Shown here: positions 1-9,197 of the stretch, piece by piece
Numbering within the stretch: position 1 is the first letter of the stretch
Layout: the number at the start of each line of letters is the position of its first letter
Source of the DNA: Candidatus Heimdallarchaeota archaeon
GTDB taxonomy: Archaea; Asgardarchaeota; Heimdallarchaeia; Heimdallarchaeales; Kariarchaeaceae
Length of the DNA: 32,000 nt
Assembly: GCA_030149205.1 (NCBI GenBank)
Contig: JASBSB010000007.1
Location: 360,001-392,000, forward strand
Direction: 5' to 3'
Made by a program: the position numbers and the translations under genes
Notes under the pieces: model-generated
Seen by the model: only the letters and a program-made list of their open reading frames with translations
Told to the model about the DNA's origin: nothing
The model's database searches: none

Positions 1-390
1 AATCTTTCTTCCCAGGAAATCTCCAAGAAACCCAAATTCTTTGCCAGAAAGGTCAGTGATCCCAACATAAAAGGAGAGATGATTATAAAAGGGGAGCAAT
101 ATGTTGTTCTCAAAGGTTCTCAATTTCAGAATGACACAAAGCAAATTCGTGAACAAAAACTTCCTGTGACATATTATAAACGAATTGAGGATTTAATTAA
201 CAAGGGGATTATAGTTGATAAAGGTGATTATTATCAGTTGACAAAAGATATTTCCTTTTCTTCTCCGAGTACAGCAGCGTTATTTGTCTTGGGGAGAAGA
301 TCAAATGGTAGAACCGAATGGAAGACAAAAGATGGATTAACCTTTGCTGAATTCGAAGAAAAATTAGCAGGGGTAGATCCCAAAGTTTAA
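1..390 (+). CDS. DUF4357-domain protein, C-terminal part (5' end lies outside the window)
   Basis: Frame 1 is open from base 1 (NLSSQEISKKPKFFARKVSDPNIKGE-MIIKGE...), so the ATG at 79 is probably internal. YVVLKGS and FSSPSTAALFVLGRRSNGRTEWKTKDG match the DUF4357 pattern. Confidence 0.7.
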   Translation, partial: NLSSQEISKKPKFFARKVSDPNIKGEMIIKGEQYVVLKGSQFQNDTKQIREQKLPVTYYKRIEDLINKGIIVDKGDYYQLTKDISFSSPSTAALFVLGRRSNGRTEWKTKDGLTFAEFEEKLAGVDPKV

Positions 391-473
391 CTCATTCTTC
401 CTCATCTAAGGAAAAAATATGTGTTTTTATACTAAAGGGGCGCATAATTATCTCAGGCTGAGGCAACACTAAA

Positions 474-3400
474 ATGGTATGGAATTTTCAAGATGACAAG
501 GAGAATTATTTGTCTGGGTGGAATGAATTTACATTAAGCGAGGGGCCTGCAATAAAGCTGTTGGAAAAATTGGGATACACCTATGTGTCTCCAACAGTCC
601 TCGAATCAGAGCGGGAGAGGTTACAAAACCCTGTTGTGGAGCCACGGTTAAGAAAAGCAATAAAACGAATAAACCCATGGATATCTGAAGAGAATATTCT
701 CAGGGTACTTAACAAGATTACAAGGGTTCCGGGGAATAGTGGGTTAGAGATAAACCAGAAGGTTCATGAGCATCTAGTTGGTTATCTTTCTGTGACTCAA
801 GAGATAGATGGAGAGAGGTCTTCTAAAACTGTTAAAATCATTGACTTTGAGAATGTTGACAACAATGAGTTCATCGTTACAAATCAGTATCGTGTAGTTG
901 GACCCAAGAAAGAGATACGGTGTGATGTGGTCTGTCTGATCAATGGGCTTCCAATAGTGGTCATTGAGGCGAAGAATCCCACGAGTTCAAAGGGGAGCAT
1001 AGAAGAGGCGGTCAAACAGTTGCAACGTTACCAATCCAGTGAAAGAGGTGCTCCTGCATTGTTTTATTACACGCATGTGCTGATACCAATAAACAGGGTG
1101 CAGGCTATGGTTGGGACGAATGATACACCACCGCAGCACTATCTGGAATGGAAGGATCCCTATCCGAAGCTTCTTGAGGAAGTTGAAGCCTTTGTGAGTC
1201 GTAAACCTAATACCCAGGATATAGCACTTGTAGGAGTCTTAACTCCAGAGAATCTGTTAGATATTATTCAAAATTTCGTGGTGTATGAGGTAGCTGATGG
1301 GAAGACACAGAAAAAAATTCCAAGGTATCAGCAGTACCGAGCGGTAAACAAGGCAATCAAACGCATTGTTCAAAATTGGGGGACTAATGATAAGGAGCAG
1401 ATCAAGAAGAGAGGTGGTGTTATCTGGCACACACAGGGATCTGGTAAGTCATTGACAATGCTGTTTCTGGCAACCAAGCTGAGAAGGGTGAATCTGTTGC
1501 AGAATCCCACTGTCTTGGTGGTAACAGATCGAATAAACCTTGATAAACAGATTACCAACACCTTTCGCCGTTGTAACTTCCCCAGTCCAATTTCTGCTAA
1601 AAGCACTTCTCATCTTCAGAAGTTAGTTAAAGAGATTGATCAAGTTCCAGGGAGAACTATCCTAACAACAATTCACAAGTTTCAGGAGAAGAATCGGGCA
1701 GTTCCCTATCCTGAGCTTGCAAGCTCAGCAAATGTCATTGTGCTTGCCGATGAGGCTCATCGAACCCAGTACAAGGGTCTTGCCATGAATATGAGAACTG
1801 CGCTTCCCAATGCGACCTTTATTGCCTTTACTGGTACTCCGTTGATTAAGGCAGAAAATATCACCACCTCAACCTTCAGCAACTATATTGACAAGTACAG
1901 CATAAATCAATCAGTCCAAGACAAGGCAACAGTGCCAATTTTTTATGAGGGAAGGCTACCTAATTTACATGTTGAAAAGCAAGCAATGGATCTTATGCTG
2001 GAGATTGAATTGGAATCCTACTCTGATAAGGAACAGGAGCAAATAAAAAGGAAATACGCCAATATAAGAAGTGTAATTGGTGCAGAATCTCGGATCAAAA
2101 CTGTGGCTGTGGATATTTACAAACATTTCAGGAAGTTTATTCATCCGAATGGGTTCAAGGGGCAGATCGTGGCGATTAATCGAATTACATCAGTCCGTTA
2201 CAAAAAGATTCTAGATGAACTTTTACGGGGGTCTGGTATAGAGTGTGCAGTGGTTTACTCTCCCTCTCAGAATGACAGTGGGGATCTGCTGAAATATCAG
2301 CTGACCCATGATCAGGAGGAAAAAGTTGTCTCACGATTTAAAGACCCAAACGATCCACTTGCACTTTTGATTGTTGTGGATAAGCTGCTAACAGGCTTTG
2401 ATGCACCTATAGAGCAGGTCATGTATCTGGATAACGTGTTAAAAGCGCATAACCTTCTTCAGGCAATTGCACGTGTGAACAGAACTTATAAGAACAAGGA
2501 GTATGGGCTGATAGTTGATTATGTTGGTATTTCCAATTATCTAAAAAAGGCACTGGCAGTGTTTGATGAGGTGGATCTTGAGAATGCACTCATCCCCTTT
2601 TCTGAGGCACACGAAAAGTTGAAGATCGCACATAACTCTGTTATGGAGCTGTTTCAATCCCTCAGAGAACGTGAAAACATAGATGCCTGTGCAGATCATC
2701 TTGCAGATAGTGACCAGGTTGAGCTTTTCGTCAGCCGTGTAAAAGAGTTCGAAAATGCGATGGATATGGTGCTCCCAGATCCAATAGCCAACGAATATAA
2801 GCATGACCTTGTCTTTGCAATCAAGCTGCTTGAATATCTGAAGCACACGGGGAGAAGTGAAACTCCAACTGATCTTTCAGACATATCACAGAAGATAAAG
2901 GACTTGATAGATGAACACGTCCGAGCCCAGGGCGTTCAACTTATTGTCCAACCCATCTCAATCCTCTCAGACGATTTTGATAAGGAGGTAGAAAAACTCT
3001 CACCATCATCCAAGGGACGGGCATTAATCATCCAATCATCAATCCAGATGCATATCAAGGAGAAGCGAGAGAAGAACCCAGTATTCTATGATGAGCTGAG
3101 CGCAAGACTTCAGAAGATTATAGAGGAATATGAGGCAAGACGTCTCTCAGAGGCAGAATTCATTGATGGACTGCATACAATCATTGAACAGATTGAGAAT
3201 CTAAGCAGGGCTGCCAACAAGCTGGGACTGGATGAATCTGAGTATGCGTTCTACAAGACGTTAAACTCAACTGTTCATGGGGGTAACAACGATGATGATT
3301 TAGATGCAGCTGTAAGAGATCTGACCATGGAGCTTGTCCGAGAGCTGGAAGACCTGGCAATCATAGACTGGCAAACAAAGGATGACATCCTGAGGAAGAT

Positions 3401-3503
3401 GCGGCAGACAATCAAGCTGAAGCTCCGGGGGGTGATCTCGGATCGTAAGCAGATGGAATCACTGACAACCGACCTAATTGAGGTGGCAAGAAGGAACTTA
3501 TAA
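474..3503 (+). CDS. hsdR: Type I restriction enzyme, R (endonuclease/translocase) subunit
   Basis: Nuclease motif DVVCLINGLPIVVIEAK plus QLQRY. Helicase motifs WHTQGSGKS, DEAHR, FTGTP, VVDKLLTGFDAP and LLQAIARVNR. Length 1009 aa. Confidence 0.96.
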   Translation: MVWNFQDDKENYLSGWNEFTLSEGPAIKLLEKLGYTYVSPTVLESERERLQNPVVEPRLRKAIKRINPWISEENILRVLNKITRVPGNSGLEINQKVHEHLVGYLSVTQEIDGERSSKTVKIIDFENVDNNEFIVTNQYRVVGPKKEIRCDVVCLINGLPIVVIEAKNPTSSKGSIEEAVKQLQRYQSSERGAPALFYYTHVLIPINRVQAMVGTNDTPPQHYLEWKDPYPKLLEEVEAFVSRKPNTQDIALVGVLTPENLLDIIQNFVVYEVADGKTQKKIPRYQQYRAVNKAIKRIVQNWGTNDKEQIKKRGGVIWHTQGSGKSLTMLFLATKLRRVNLLQNPTVLVVTDRINLDKQITNTFRRCNFPSPISAKSTSHLQKLVKEIDQVPGRTILTTIHKFQEKNRAVPYPELASSANVIVLADEAHRTQYKGLAMNMRTALPNATFIAFTGTPLIKAENITTSTFSNYIDKYSINQSVQDKATVPIFYEGRLPNLHVEKQAMDLMLEIELESYSDKEQEQIKRKYANIRSVIGAESRIKTVAVDIYKHFRKFIHPNGFKGQIVAINRITSVRYKKILDELLRGSGIECAVVYSPSQNDSGDLLKYQLTHDQEEKVVSRFKDPNDPLALLIVVDKLLTGFDAPIEQVMYLDNVLKAHNLLQAIARVNRTYKNKEYGLIVDYVGISNYLKKALAVFDEVDLENALIPFSEAHEKLKIAHNSVMELFQSLRERENIDACADHLADSDQVELFVSRVKEFENAMDMVLPDPIANEYKHDLVFAIKLLEYLKHTGRSETPTDLSDISQKIKDLIDEHVRAQGVQLIVQPISILSDDFDKEVEKLSPSSKGRALIIQSSIQMHIKEKREKNPVFYDELSARLQKIIEEYEARRLSEAEFIDGLHTIIEQIENLSRAANKLGLDESEYAFYKTLNSTVHGGNNDDDLDAAVRDLTMELVRELEDLAIIDWQTKDDILRKMRQTIKLKLRGVISDRKQMESLTTDLIEVARRNL

Positions 3504-3606
3504 GTGTTAAATTCAGAAAACTAACTTATCTTAAAGGGTTTTTTTCTTCAAAAATCATTTATTGGAAAGGAAAGATAGAAATCAAGAGATAAATAAGAAT
3601 AGTTAA

Positions 3607-4365
3607 ATGAATTATAAAATCAAAAGCGGAGAGCTCACAATATCTCAAATAGCATTAGAGAATGCAAAAAAAATTAGAAATTCATTTGAAACAAAGAAAA
3701 AACGAACATTAACCACTATAGACTTAGTTTCTTTATTTAGGTATCATTTCCCTCATATCACCCCAAAGGAGAATAATCCTCTTGATATAATACTTGTCGA
3801 TTTCCTCAACAATATCCAACACTTGTATACTGCTGGGGCAAATGTCAACTCTGGCGTTCCATTTCAATCCAACATGCTTATGCGTACAGTAATAGAAACA
3901 ATAGTTAAAGATATGCGATTATTGGCGTTGTTTGAAATAAACAGTTCAGAGTATCAAGATATGTATAATTGGATCACAACAAAAAATGAAATAGAGTATG
4001 ACCCAGAATTAAGAAAGTGGGGCTTTGCAAAATCAAGGAAATTTCTTTTTTCTAATGAGGTGTTAGAAAACATAAGAGAGACCTATGCTAAATTAAGTAA
4101 GCTGGTTCATGGGAGTAGCAGGTTAGCATCCTATAACATTCGACCTAATGATGCAGTAGTTGAAAACACCTGGGATAATTTATACTGGTTAACTTTAAAC
4201 ACTCTGTCAGTAGTAATTTACGCATTCCGGGATTACATGCCCTTAAATCCAACCTACCAAGCTTATATTAAATCAATCATTGACTCTAACTTTTTACCCT
4301 CTGATGTATTCAAAACCAACAAGCTACCAGACTTAACATTTCAAAACTTGTATGATTCTTTGTAA
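3607..4365 (+). CDS. Hypothetical helical protein, DUF5677/HEPN-like
   Basis: 252-aa open frame in DNA of about 30% GC (sampled). LMRTVIE and YAKLSKLVHG resemble the R-x-x-x-E and Y-x-x-LS-x-x-VH motifs of DUF5677-type proteins. The family call is pattern recall only. Confidence 0.5.
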   Translation: MNYKIKSGELTISQIALENAKKIRNSFETKKKRTLTTIDLVSLFRYHFPHITPKENNPLDIILVDFLNNIQHLYTAGANVNSGVPFQSNMLMRTVIETIVKDMRLLALFEINSSEYQDMYNWITTKNEIEYDPELRKWGFAKSRKFLFSNEVLENIRETYAKLSKLVHGSSRLASYNIRPNDAVVENTWDNLYWLTLNTLSVVIYAFRDYMPLNPTYQAYIKSIIDSNFLPSDVFKTNKLPDLTFQNLYDSL

Positions 4366-4507
4366 AGCAGATCTATCGTCTTAAACTTATTTTTGTTTAA
4401 ATAATATGAAGGTCTTTCACCTTCACGTTTGACAGTATACATCAAGTAGATTCTGAGCAAAAGCAAATCACAGAATTTATATTATACTAATGACAATTTG
4501 TTTATAA

Positions 4508-6838
4508 TTGAGAAAAAAGAAGAAGCCAGAGTCGGCACAGGGAAAAACTGACAGAAACCTCAGAAAGATTAGGAAAATTGAAACAAAAAGCAATCCAAAG
4601 GGGGTAATCAAAAAAAAATCAAGGATGGGTATTGAAAAAATAAAACGTGAAAGGGAAAACATCTTGGATCAACTAAAAATTGAATATTCAAAGTTAGAGC
4701 AACTATTATCCAAATTTGATCCAATTCAGGTTTTAACAGCTTTTTCTAGTATTTTGTTGCTTTCTAATAGTATAAAAATTTTAACGTCAGAAAACAGCTT
4801 ATCAAGCTTTCCTGACAGGGAAATATCAATGGATTATCTTTTAAGTTTTGCTTTATCAATTGAATACCCAGAAAACCCAAAAGAAGTTCCAAAAGATGAT
4901 ATAGGGGCAATAAAGGAGATTTATCAGACAATTGAAGCCATTTTTCGAAAAACTAAGGACTATTATTTTAATGAATTTGTTGTAGAGTTTAGGAATACTC
5001 TAGAAGAGCCAGAAATCAGACCACGTCTTATATTTAAAAGTCTAAACCAAAGGGGGCATTATTATTTGACTCATTTTGTTTCTTTTATGTCTGAATTTGT
5101 AGACCTTATATCAAGTTACAATCTAAAGGAATTAGGAACAGCAATTTCATTCTCAATTAAAGAGTTATGGGATTTTCTTCAGAGTTGTACTAAAAATATA
5201 ATTAGGAAGTATCATTTAGAAATAGAGACTCTTAAATTAGTCAGTGATATTAATGTTAAATTTAGCGAATTCTCGGATCAATTTTTAGTAGAAAATACAA
5301 AATTAATAGATAAAGCCCTTAAACAGAATCCCCATTTATCTGGTGGAGATCAAGAATTGATGGATGGATTGGTTCAAGAATTTAATTTAAAATATAATGA
5401 GCAAATAAATGAAATTAAACAAAAACAGGTTGAGTTAGGGGGTGGGATTGACCCCAATATTAAGTTTATAATTAAACCAAGGTCATCCAAAGAAAAGGAG
5501 ATCATAAAAGAAATATCTTTGAGATTGGGTGAAAATAAAAACATCTTTGCTGACCCAAAAAATCCCTATAACATTTTAAATCCAACATTAATCAAATACA
5601 AGCCATTAATAAATCATAATAACACCTACTACTGTTTCAATCATTTCCTTCCAGTTAGAAATTTTCTAAACATTTCAGAAAAGTTGATAAAGGAGAATAA
5701 TGAATCATATCATCGTAATTTCTTAAGTCAAAGGGATAAATTTACAGAGAAGCAAGCAAAGGACCTATTTCAAAAATTGCTCCAAAGTTCACAGTCGAAC
5801 ACGTTAAGCTCACTTTACTATGGTGATTTTGAGCTTGATATAATGATAATTCAGGATCGAGCTTTACTTCTAATCGAGGTAAAGGCGGGAATGTTGCCTG
5901 CAAGTGCAACTCGAGGGTCTGTTCAATCATATATGAAAGGAATGAAACAGCTCATTGGAAAATCCTTTGAACAATCTGATAGAGCTCTAAAATATATAAA
6001 ATCTAATTCTCCAGCAAAATTTTATAAAAAAGACCGTAGAACATTGTTAACAGAAATTAATTTATCTGATTATGATTATATCATTCCAATTTCTGTATTT
6101 TTAGAGAATATAGGAGATTCAATCACAAATTTGGGATTAATGAACAAATTGAAATTTGTGAAAGGTTATAACTTTTGGGCAGTAAATATTTTTGATCTAT
6201 ATGTGTTTGTGGAATTAATCAAATATCCTTCACAGTTTGTTCATTACCTCACCTTACGTTCTAGTATGAGCGGAAAGGAGAAATTTGGACAGCTTGATGA
6301 GTTAGATTTCCTTGGATTTTATTTTGCAAATAATGGACAATTTTCTAGAGAGCAGCAAACTAAGATTAAAGATTCATCTGAAATACTATTGATTGACTAT
6401 ACAGAGAAATTTGATAATTATTTTTATGAAAAAGATTTGCATTATTATTTAGGGAGGAAAAATCACACTTCTCCGCTCCCACAGCAAGAAATGCCACACT
6501 ATTTTGAATTATTAATTTCTAAATTGAACTATCTAAAACCTGAATATTTCATTTCAGTTTCAGTTCCATTGTTGGATTTAAAAGAGGAGAGAAAACAGAA
6601 GATAAGTAATACCTTAAAAAATTGGCAAAAGGACACCAAAGACCATTTAATTGCATTTAGTAGCAAAAATATTCGAATTTCAATAGTTCGCTCTCAGAAG
6701 TTGACCTTAGAAAGCTTAAAACCTAGGCTCAAAAAAAGAACAGACATTTCAAAATACGAAAAGTGGTTTATTTTGGTTTGGGATAAACCACTTCAGGAAG
6801 AAGACTGCAATTTACAAGTTGGGTTGGTTAAAGATTAG
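4508..6838 (+). CDS. Large protein with NERD-like PD-(D/E)XK nuclease domain
   Basis: 776 aa. ELDIMIIQDRALLLIEVKAG fits E-x-D...E-x-K. Downstream WAVNIFDL...FVHYLTLR...DELDFLGFY is typical of this uncharacterised NERD-containing family. The TTG start is uncertain. Confidence 0.65.
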   Translation: MRKKKKPESAQGKTDRNLRKIRKIETKSNPKGVIKKKSRMGIEKIKRERENILDQLKIEYSKLEQLLSKFDPIQVLTAFSSILLLSNSIKILTSENSLSSFPDREISMDYLLSFALSIEYPENPKEVPKDDIGAIKEIYQTIEAIFRKTKDYYFNEFVVEFRNTLEEPEIRPRLIFKSLNQRGHYYLTHFVSFMSEFVDLISSYNLKELGTAISFSIKELWDFLQSCTKNIIRKYHLEIETLKLVSDINVKFSEFSDQFLVENTKLIDKALKQNPHLSGGDQELMDGLVQEFNLKYNEQINEIKQKQVELGGGIDPNIKFIIKPRSSKEKEIIKEISLRLGENKNIFADPKNPYNILNPTLIKYKPLINHNNTYYCFNHFLPVRNFLNISEKLIKENNESYHRNFLSQRDKFTEKQAKDLFQKLLQSSQSNTLSSLYYGDFELDIMIIQDRALLLIEVKAGMLPASATRGSVQSYMKGMKQLIGKSFEQSDRALKYIKSNSPAKFYKKDRRTLLTEINLSDYDYIIPISVFLENIGDSITNLGLMNKLKFVKGYNFWAVNIFDLYVFVELIKYPSQFVHYLTLRSSMSGKEKFGQLDELDFLGFYFANNGQFSREQQTKIKDSSEILLIDYTEKFDNYFYEKDLHYYLGRKNHTSPLPQQEMPHYFELLISKLNYLKPEYFISVSVPLLDLKEERKQKISNTLKNWQKDTKDHLIAFSSKNIRISIVRSQKLTLESLKPRLKKRTDISKYEKWFILVWDKPLQEEDCNLQVGLVKD

Positions 6839-7144
6839 AAATTTGGTATTTCACTTTAAGATTTGTACTTTTAAGCCAATTAATATAAATTAAAGTGTCA
6901 AGAGAATTAAGCAAAGTCTTTGATACGAACCAGAAATTCAAAACTTGATTTTTATCTCGATTGAATATAGATGCTATAATGAGCGAAAAGGAACTCAGGC
7001 TGTTAACTGCCTCAGCTGAAACTTCATAGCTATTATTCCTCGACCGTCGACAGACCTCAATCAACTCCGCGTTCAATACGATTGGATTTAAACTATAGAG
7101 ATCTACCTTTTTTTTGTATTCTTTTTGTATTCTTCTACATTCAT
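6828..7144 (-). pseudogene. Frameshifted small ORF of unknown function
   Basis: Removing one copy of the 11-bp tandem repeat at 7111-7132 joins the ATG at 7144 to the 6828..7076 frame, giving 101 aa (MNVEEYKKKVDLYSLNPIVLNAELIEV...). Confidence 0.3.
7111..7132. repeat. Perfect 11-bp tandem duplication (tttttgtattc x2)
   Basis: Read directly at 7111-7121 and 7122-7132. Confidence 0.9.
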
Positions 7145-7411
7145 TGTTTTGATTGTTTCCTCTAACCTATAAAAACGAAAAGTGTCCAATGGGATAAATT
7201 GAACATTTAAAATGAATCATTTATCAATAGATACTATATTAACCTTAGAATTAAATTGGTTAAAAATAATCGAATAACTATTTAAAAATACTTCGAATAT
7301 AATAAGTACATGTCTCCTATATTGGTTTTCTCCCCTAACTCAAGAGATCTATTAACCGAAAAAATCTGAGTCATCAGCAATGTTAATAAAATATTTATCT
7401 TTGACAGTTGT

Positions 7412-8851
7412 ATGAGCTTTCCTAAATTGGAACTTGTACTTATCTTACTGGTCTTAGGGATGTTTAGCATCAGCTTTAGTGTAACTGGTGCGGTGAACAC
7501 ACCTTCAACTCAGCTGTTGATCCAAAAGCTCAGTTCTCCCATCTCAATCAACGGAGATGCAGATTTTGCCAATCAAGCAAAGGCAAATGGGTGGCTGGGA
7601 AATGGATCTAAATCGAATCCATATACAATTGAGAATCTTACTTTCAATCAGTCAGTAATCCAAAATGACATAGTAATACAAAATGTCCAATCCAGTTTTA
7701 TAATCCGCAACAACACATTTTTAGATTTTTCAACAGGAATATTGATTAATTCAAGCAGTGCTGGAACAATTGAAAATAATAATTTTAATGGACTTTCACA
7801 AGGTATTATAATTCAGAATTCAACATCAATTAAAATTGAAAACAACACCATTTCTAACACACATTGGGGGATTATGGTATTCAAAAGCAGTTTGATTAAC
7901 ATTGGATTAAATAAGGTGATTAATGGAATTATGTTGGGAATATCCATTGACAACTCAAACAAAAGTTTAATTGAAGGAAATCTGATCTTTAATATAAATT
8001 CACCTGCAGTTCTTTCATTATATAAATGCCAAAATGTGACATTGTTGGCTAACACAATAATTAATACAAAACATTCTTATGGTATTGAGGTACAATTTAG
8101 TGTTGATATTAATATAACAAAAAATGTAGTATCTGGAAATGGCCCCTACAGCTTTTATTTAAAATCTAATTCAAGAATTAATCTGACATTAAATAAGGGA
8201 TACAACAATTCAATACAATATTTTCTCCTTAATACAACTCTTATCCAGAATCGGATGAACGCTTTTCAATCCAGAATAGCTAGAAATTTAACTTATCTAG
8301 AGGGAACCTCTGGGCATATATTAAACTGGACATTTTTAGATTCTTCCCCATTTAAGTTCGTGGTTTATAAGAATAATACTCTTTTTAAAACTGGAAATTG
8401 GGTTTCTAACATTTCATCTATTATTAATTTCGATGGATTATCAAAGGGTATATACAATATGACTATAGTTTATACAAATGGCTATGGTGATTCGGTCAGC
8501 TATCTTGTTTGGGTGACAGTTCTTTACAACCCTACACCAACCCCCACCCCAAGCCCTAGTCCGACTCCCACGACTCCTGTGCCTTCTCCCACACCTACCC
8601 CTGCTCCAAGCCCTACTCCGACTCCCACGACTCCTGTGCCTTCTCCCACACCTACTCCACCCCCTAGTCCCAGTCCGACTCCCACTCCCAGTCCACCGAC
8701 GCAATCCTTACCTCCCTCTGGTTCTTCTTCGAATTCACCAAACCCAACACCCCCCGTGTTCTCTCCCACCTTACCTACGCCAGGTTTTGTGGGGGCAATT
8801 GTCCTTGTATCCCTTTTGGTGATAGTTTATGGAAAGAGAAGAAAGAAATGA
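7412..8851 (+). CDS. Secreted right-handed beta-helix (NosD/CASH-type) surface protein, paralog 1, with Pro/Thr linker and PGF-CTERM-like anchor
   Basis: Signal peptide, [10 protein letters not shown]...[17 protein letters not shown] cap, GI-x-I...N-x-I-x-NN rungs, LNWTFLD...GIYNMT Ig-like module and (PT)n linker. Ends [24 protein letters not shown]. About 18 N-x-S/T sequons by hand count. Confidence 0.85.
   Translation: MSFPKLELVLILLVLGMFSISFSVTGAVNTPSTQLLIQKLSSPISINGDADFANQAKANGWLGNGSKSNPYTIENLTFNQSVIQNDIVIQNVQSSFIIRNNTFLDFSTGILINSSSAGTIENNNFNGLSQGIIIQNSTSIKIENNTISNTHWGIMVFKSSLINIGLNKVINGIMLGISIDNSNKSLIEGNLIFNINSPAVLSLYKCQNVTLLANTIINTKHSYGIEVQFSVDINITKNVVSGNGPYSFYLKSNSRINLTLNKGYNNSIQYFLLNTTLIQNRMNAFQSRIARNLTYLEGTSGHILNWTFLDSSPFKFVVYKNNTLFKTGNWVSNISSIINFDGLSKGIYNMTIVYTNGYGDSVSYLVWVTVLYNPTPTPTPSPSPTPTTPVPSPTPTPAPSPTPTPTTPVPSPTPTPPPSPSPTPTPSPPTQSLPPSGSSSNSPNPTPPVFSPTLPTPGFVGAIVLVSLLVIVYGKRRKK
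8549..8662 (+). repeat. 57-bp in-frame tandem duplication in the Pro/Thr linker
   Basis: Units 8549-8605 and 8606-8662, with the first 50 nt 49/50 identical. They encode [19 protein letters not shown] and [19 protein letters not shown]. Confidence 0.9.
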
Positions 8852-9197
8852 TCAGAATTAAAATTCAGATTAATATGAACTGATTACTTCAACAATTATC
8901 TACGGAAAATAAATTACTCAACAGGTAAATCCTAATCATATTTGGATTCTTTACTGATATATCCAGAAATTTATACTCTTACCCAAAAATTAGCTGAGAA
9001 ATTAGAAGACATAGATAAAGACTTGAAAGATAAGTTGAATAAATTTAGCGACCTTTCAACCTAAATATCTGTTCAAAATCAATAAAAGGAAAATAGCTTC
9101 TTTCAAATGTTCTCTAGATATGAAACCATCACCAATTTTCACATTCCTCCTCCTTTCAGGGGAAAGATATTTTATCAGGCAATAAAATCCACATTCT

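Noticed and set aside
6960-7076. EVSAEAVNSL resembling an archaeal histone motif
   Set aside because: The rest of the histone fold, including the RKT(I/V)-x-x-x-D motif, is absent.
8441-8769. Gly/Val-rich and Arg/Gly-rich minus-strand ORFs (also 13829..14041)
   Set aside because: Antisense shadows of the Pro/Thr linker codons of the surface proteins.
8942-9064. Coiled-coil-like 40-codon stretch (LDSLLIYPEIYTLTQKLAEKLEDIDKDLKDKLNKF...)
   Set aside because: Preceded by an in-frame stop, short and without a recognisable family. It may be a relic but cannot be supported.
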